DNA of 49,196 nt from an uncultured Oscillibacter sp. (GTDB lineage: Bacteria > Bacillota > Clostridia > Oscillospirales > Oscillospiraceae). The notes beneath the pieces were generated by a model. That model searched no databases and had not been told where the DNA came from. It saw only the letters and a program-made list of their open reading frames with translations. A program made the position numbers and the translations under genes. The stretch's first letter is position 1, and the number at the start of each line of letters is the position of its first letter. Shown piece by piece: positions 47,539 to 49,196 of the stretch. The stretch covers positions 1-49,196 of the forward strand of contig CAZQJD010000001.1 in the NCBI GenBank assembly GCA_964593575.1. Reading direction: 5' to 3'.

Positions 47539-48645
47539 TTATTTCTCCACCAGTGCGGCCATGCCCTGACCGCCGGCGCTGTAGGTGCAGAGAATGCCCT
47601 TCTCCCCTGCCTGCAGGGAATCCACCAGACGCATCAGCATGATGAGACCCTCGGCACCGTCGTTCTTGCCGTAAGCCAGTGCGCCGCCCATGGGGTTGAC
47701 CTTTGCGCTGCCGCCCAGGGTCCTCACGGTGTCCAGCACATCCTGTGCGCTGTTCTCAATAATCTCGATGACGGCGATGTCGTCCATGGTGAGGCCCTTA
47801 TTCTTCAGCAGCTTCTGAACGGCCAGAGCGCCGGAATTTTGCTGTACCTTGGGATCACAGCCCGCCACGGCAAAGCCGCAGATGGCAGCCTTGGGAGCAA
47901 TGCCCAGCTCGGTGGCCTTCTCCTCGCTCATGAGCATGGTGACGGCTGCGCCGTCGGCATAGGGAGACAGTGCCTTGTCGGCAGCGTTGGGCTTGGCCAG
48001 CCACTCGTCCTTGTCTACAGTGACGGTGCCCTTCTTGCGCACCTCGTAGGAGATGGGCAGGATCTGGGCAGCGCAGTCGGCATGCTGTGCCTTGGCGATA
48101 CTCTCCTCCGCATAGGCCACAGCCTCGGCACTGACGGTCTCGCCGTGAGCCAGCTCGTACTGCTCCTGACGACCCATGGGCTCCGGTTGGGTATACAGTT
48201 CCGCCTCCTCGATGGAATCGATGAAGGTACGGTGCTGGGGATAGAAATGGTTGCGGACATCACGCAGAACGAAGGGTGCTGCGGAATAGCTGTCCGCGCC
48301 GCCGGCCACGCAGATTTCCTCGTTGCCGGTAGCAATCAGATAATAGCAGTTGCGCAGTGCCTGCAGTGCAGAGCCGCTATAGCTCTGGACGGTATAGCCG
48401 GGAACTTCCACGGGAAGACCGGCCTTCAGCCATGCGTAGTGGCCGATGTTGTTGGGCATGGTAGAGGGATGCGCCTGACCGAAGACCACCTGATCCACGG
48501 CAGTTGCCTCCACGCCGGTGCGCTCCAGCAGCTCATTCAGAATCTTAGCGGAAAAATCGGAGGAAATGAACGGTGCGAGACCTGCGCCGGGCTTGCCCCA
48601 TGCGGTGCGGATGGAATCCGCGATAACAACTTTCTTCATATTCAT
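47539..48645 (-). CDS. Thiolase-fold protein lacking catalytic residues (pseudo-thiolase)
   Basis: Thiolase scaffold (IRTAWG, DGAAVT, VNPMGGALAYG), but SGS for CGS, IENS for NEAF, GKN for GHP, YSAGG for CIGGG; ATG overlaps upstream TGA. Confidence 0.82.
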   Translation of the reverse strand: MNMKKVVIADSIRTAWGKPGAGLAPFISSDFSAKILNELLERTGVEATAVDQVVFGQAHPSTMPNNIGHYAWLKAGLPVEVPGYTVQSYSGSALQALRNCYYLIATGNEEICVAGGADSYSAAPFVLRDVRNHFYPQHRTFIDSIEEAELYTQPEPMGRQEQYELAHGETVSAEAVAYAEESIAKAQHADCAAQILPISYEVRKKGTVTVDKDEWLAKPNAADKALSPYADGAAVTMLMSEEKATELGIAPKAAICGFAVAGCDPKVQQNSGALAVQKLLKNKGLTMDDIAVIEIIENSAQDVLDTVRTLGGSAKVNPMGGALAYGKNDGAEGLIMLMRLVDSLQAGEKGILCTYSAGGQGMAALVEK

Positions 48646-49196
48646 CAACCGTCCTTTCTGCACTGCTCGAAGATGGATGCGAAGCCCATGCCGCCGCCGA
48701 TGCACATGGTGACCATGGCATAGCGCACCTCGGGACGGTTCTTCAGCTCATAGAACAGCTTCGTGGTGAGGATGCCGCCGGTGGCAGCCAGAGGATGACC
48801 CATCGAAATACCGCTGCCGTTAACGTTGGTGCGTTCCCAGATGGTGTCGAAGGTCTCGGTTTCGGACCACTTCACCCATTCACGCATAACGGCCACGGAC
48901 TGGGCAGCGAATGCCTCGTTCAGCTCAATGAGACCGATGTCCTCGATCTTCAGGCCGGCCTTTTCCAGTGCCTCGCGGGAGGCCTCGATGGGGCCCACGC
49001 CCATGATGGCAGGCTCCAGACCCACCACAGCGGAGGACACATGGCGCAGATAGTAATCGTAACCCAGCTCGTCCGCCTTCTCACGGCTCATCACCAGCAC
49101 GGCGGAAGCGCCGTCGTTGCGGCCGGAGGAATTGCCTGCAGTGACGCAGCCGCCCTTCTTGAAGGCAGGCTTCATGGCAGAGAGCTTCTCCAGCGT
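48645..49196 (-). CDS. Thiolase (acetyl-CoA acyltransferase), 5'-truncated by window edge
   Basis: TAGNSSGRNDGA, NEAFAAQ, GHPLAATG, CIGGGMG intact. Confidence 0.93.
   Translation of the reverse strand, partial: TLEKLSAMKPAFKKGGCVTAGNSSGRNDGASAVLVMSREKADELGYDYYLRHVSSAVVGLEPAIMGVGPIEASREALEKAGLKIEDIGLIELNEAFAAQSVAVMREWVKWSETETFDTIWERTNVNGSGISMGHPLAATGGILTTKLFYELKNRPEVRYAMVTMCIGGGMGFASIFEQCRKDG

Larger units (their letters stand above)
37987..49196. mobile_element. Putative sigG-intervening integrated element (left end only; right end, recombinase and extent not in window)
   Basis: Abrupt loss of SigG homology, shift to AT-richer sequence, accessory genes; inclusion of 40.6-49.2 kb in the element is inferred. 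Confidence 0.6.

Noticed and set aside
45143..47569. 808-aa plus-strand ORF, and similar long antisense ORFs at 4437-6233, 9650-11239, 23171-24577, 41363-42793 and 42711-44144
   Set aside because: Shadow frames opposite well-supported minus-strand genes, expected from GC-rich codon bias; no recognisable motifs
1..49196. CRISPR array, tRNA/rRNA genes, integrase or transposase
   Set aside because: No regularly spaced repeats, RNA gene signatures or recombinase/transposase motifs were seen by eye or in the ORF track

Overview
Chromosomal window from a spore-forming Clostridia bacterium; gene content and style suggest Oscillospiraceae (Oscillibacter/Dysosmobacter-like). Bases 1-37.6 kb are an almost entirely minus-strand housekeeping and sporulation backbone: rpsB-tsf, scpAB-ytfIJ-dacB-rluB, rpiR-cmk-plsC-ispH/rpsA, but, ispDF, cdaAR, yicC-remA-gmk-rpoZ-priA-def-fmt-rsmB-rlmN-stp-pknB-rsgA, then a spoVM-sipL-spoIVA coat-assembly cluster. 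The 3' end of a group IIC intron abuts the spoIVA stop codon at the left edge. The main anomaly is at about 37986. The forespore sigma factor gene sigG has an intact sigmaF-type promoter and RBS, but breaks off in region 2.4 (…FSTYGVPMI). It then runs in frame into AT-richer foreign DNA: a repeat-containing hypothetical protein, a signal peptidase I, a group IIC intron 5' fragment, a LexA-box-associated small gene and long hairpins. No sigG 3' half or recombinase is in the window, so this is best read as one end of a skin-like element interrupting sigG. Beyond it is an acyl-CoA catabolic cluster with two apparent pseudoenzymes: a thiolase lacking its catalytic Cys/His/Cys and a CoA-transferase lacking the catalytic Glu. 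All calls come from motif reading and recalled family knowledge; no database searches were run.
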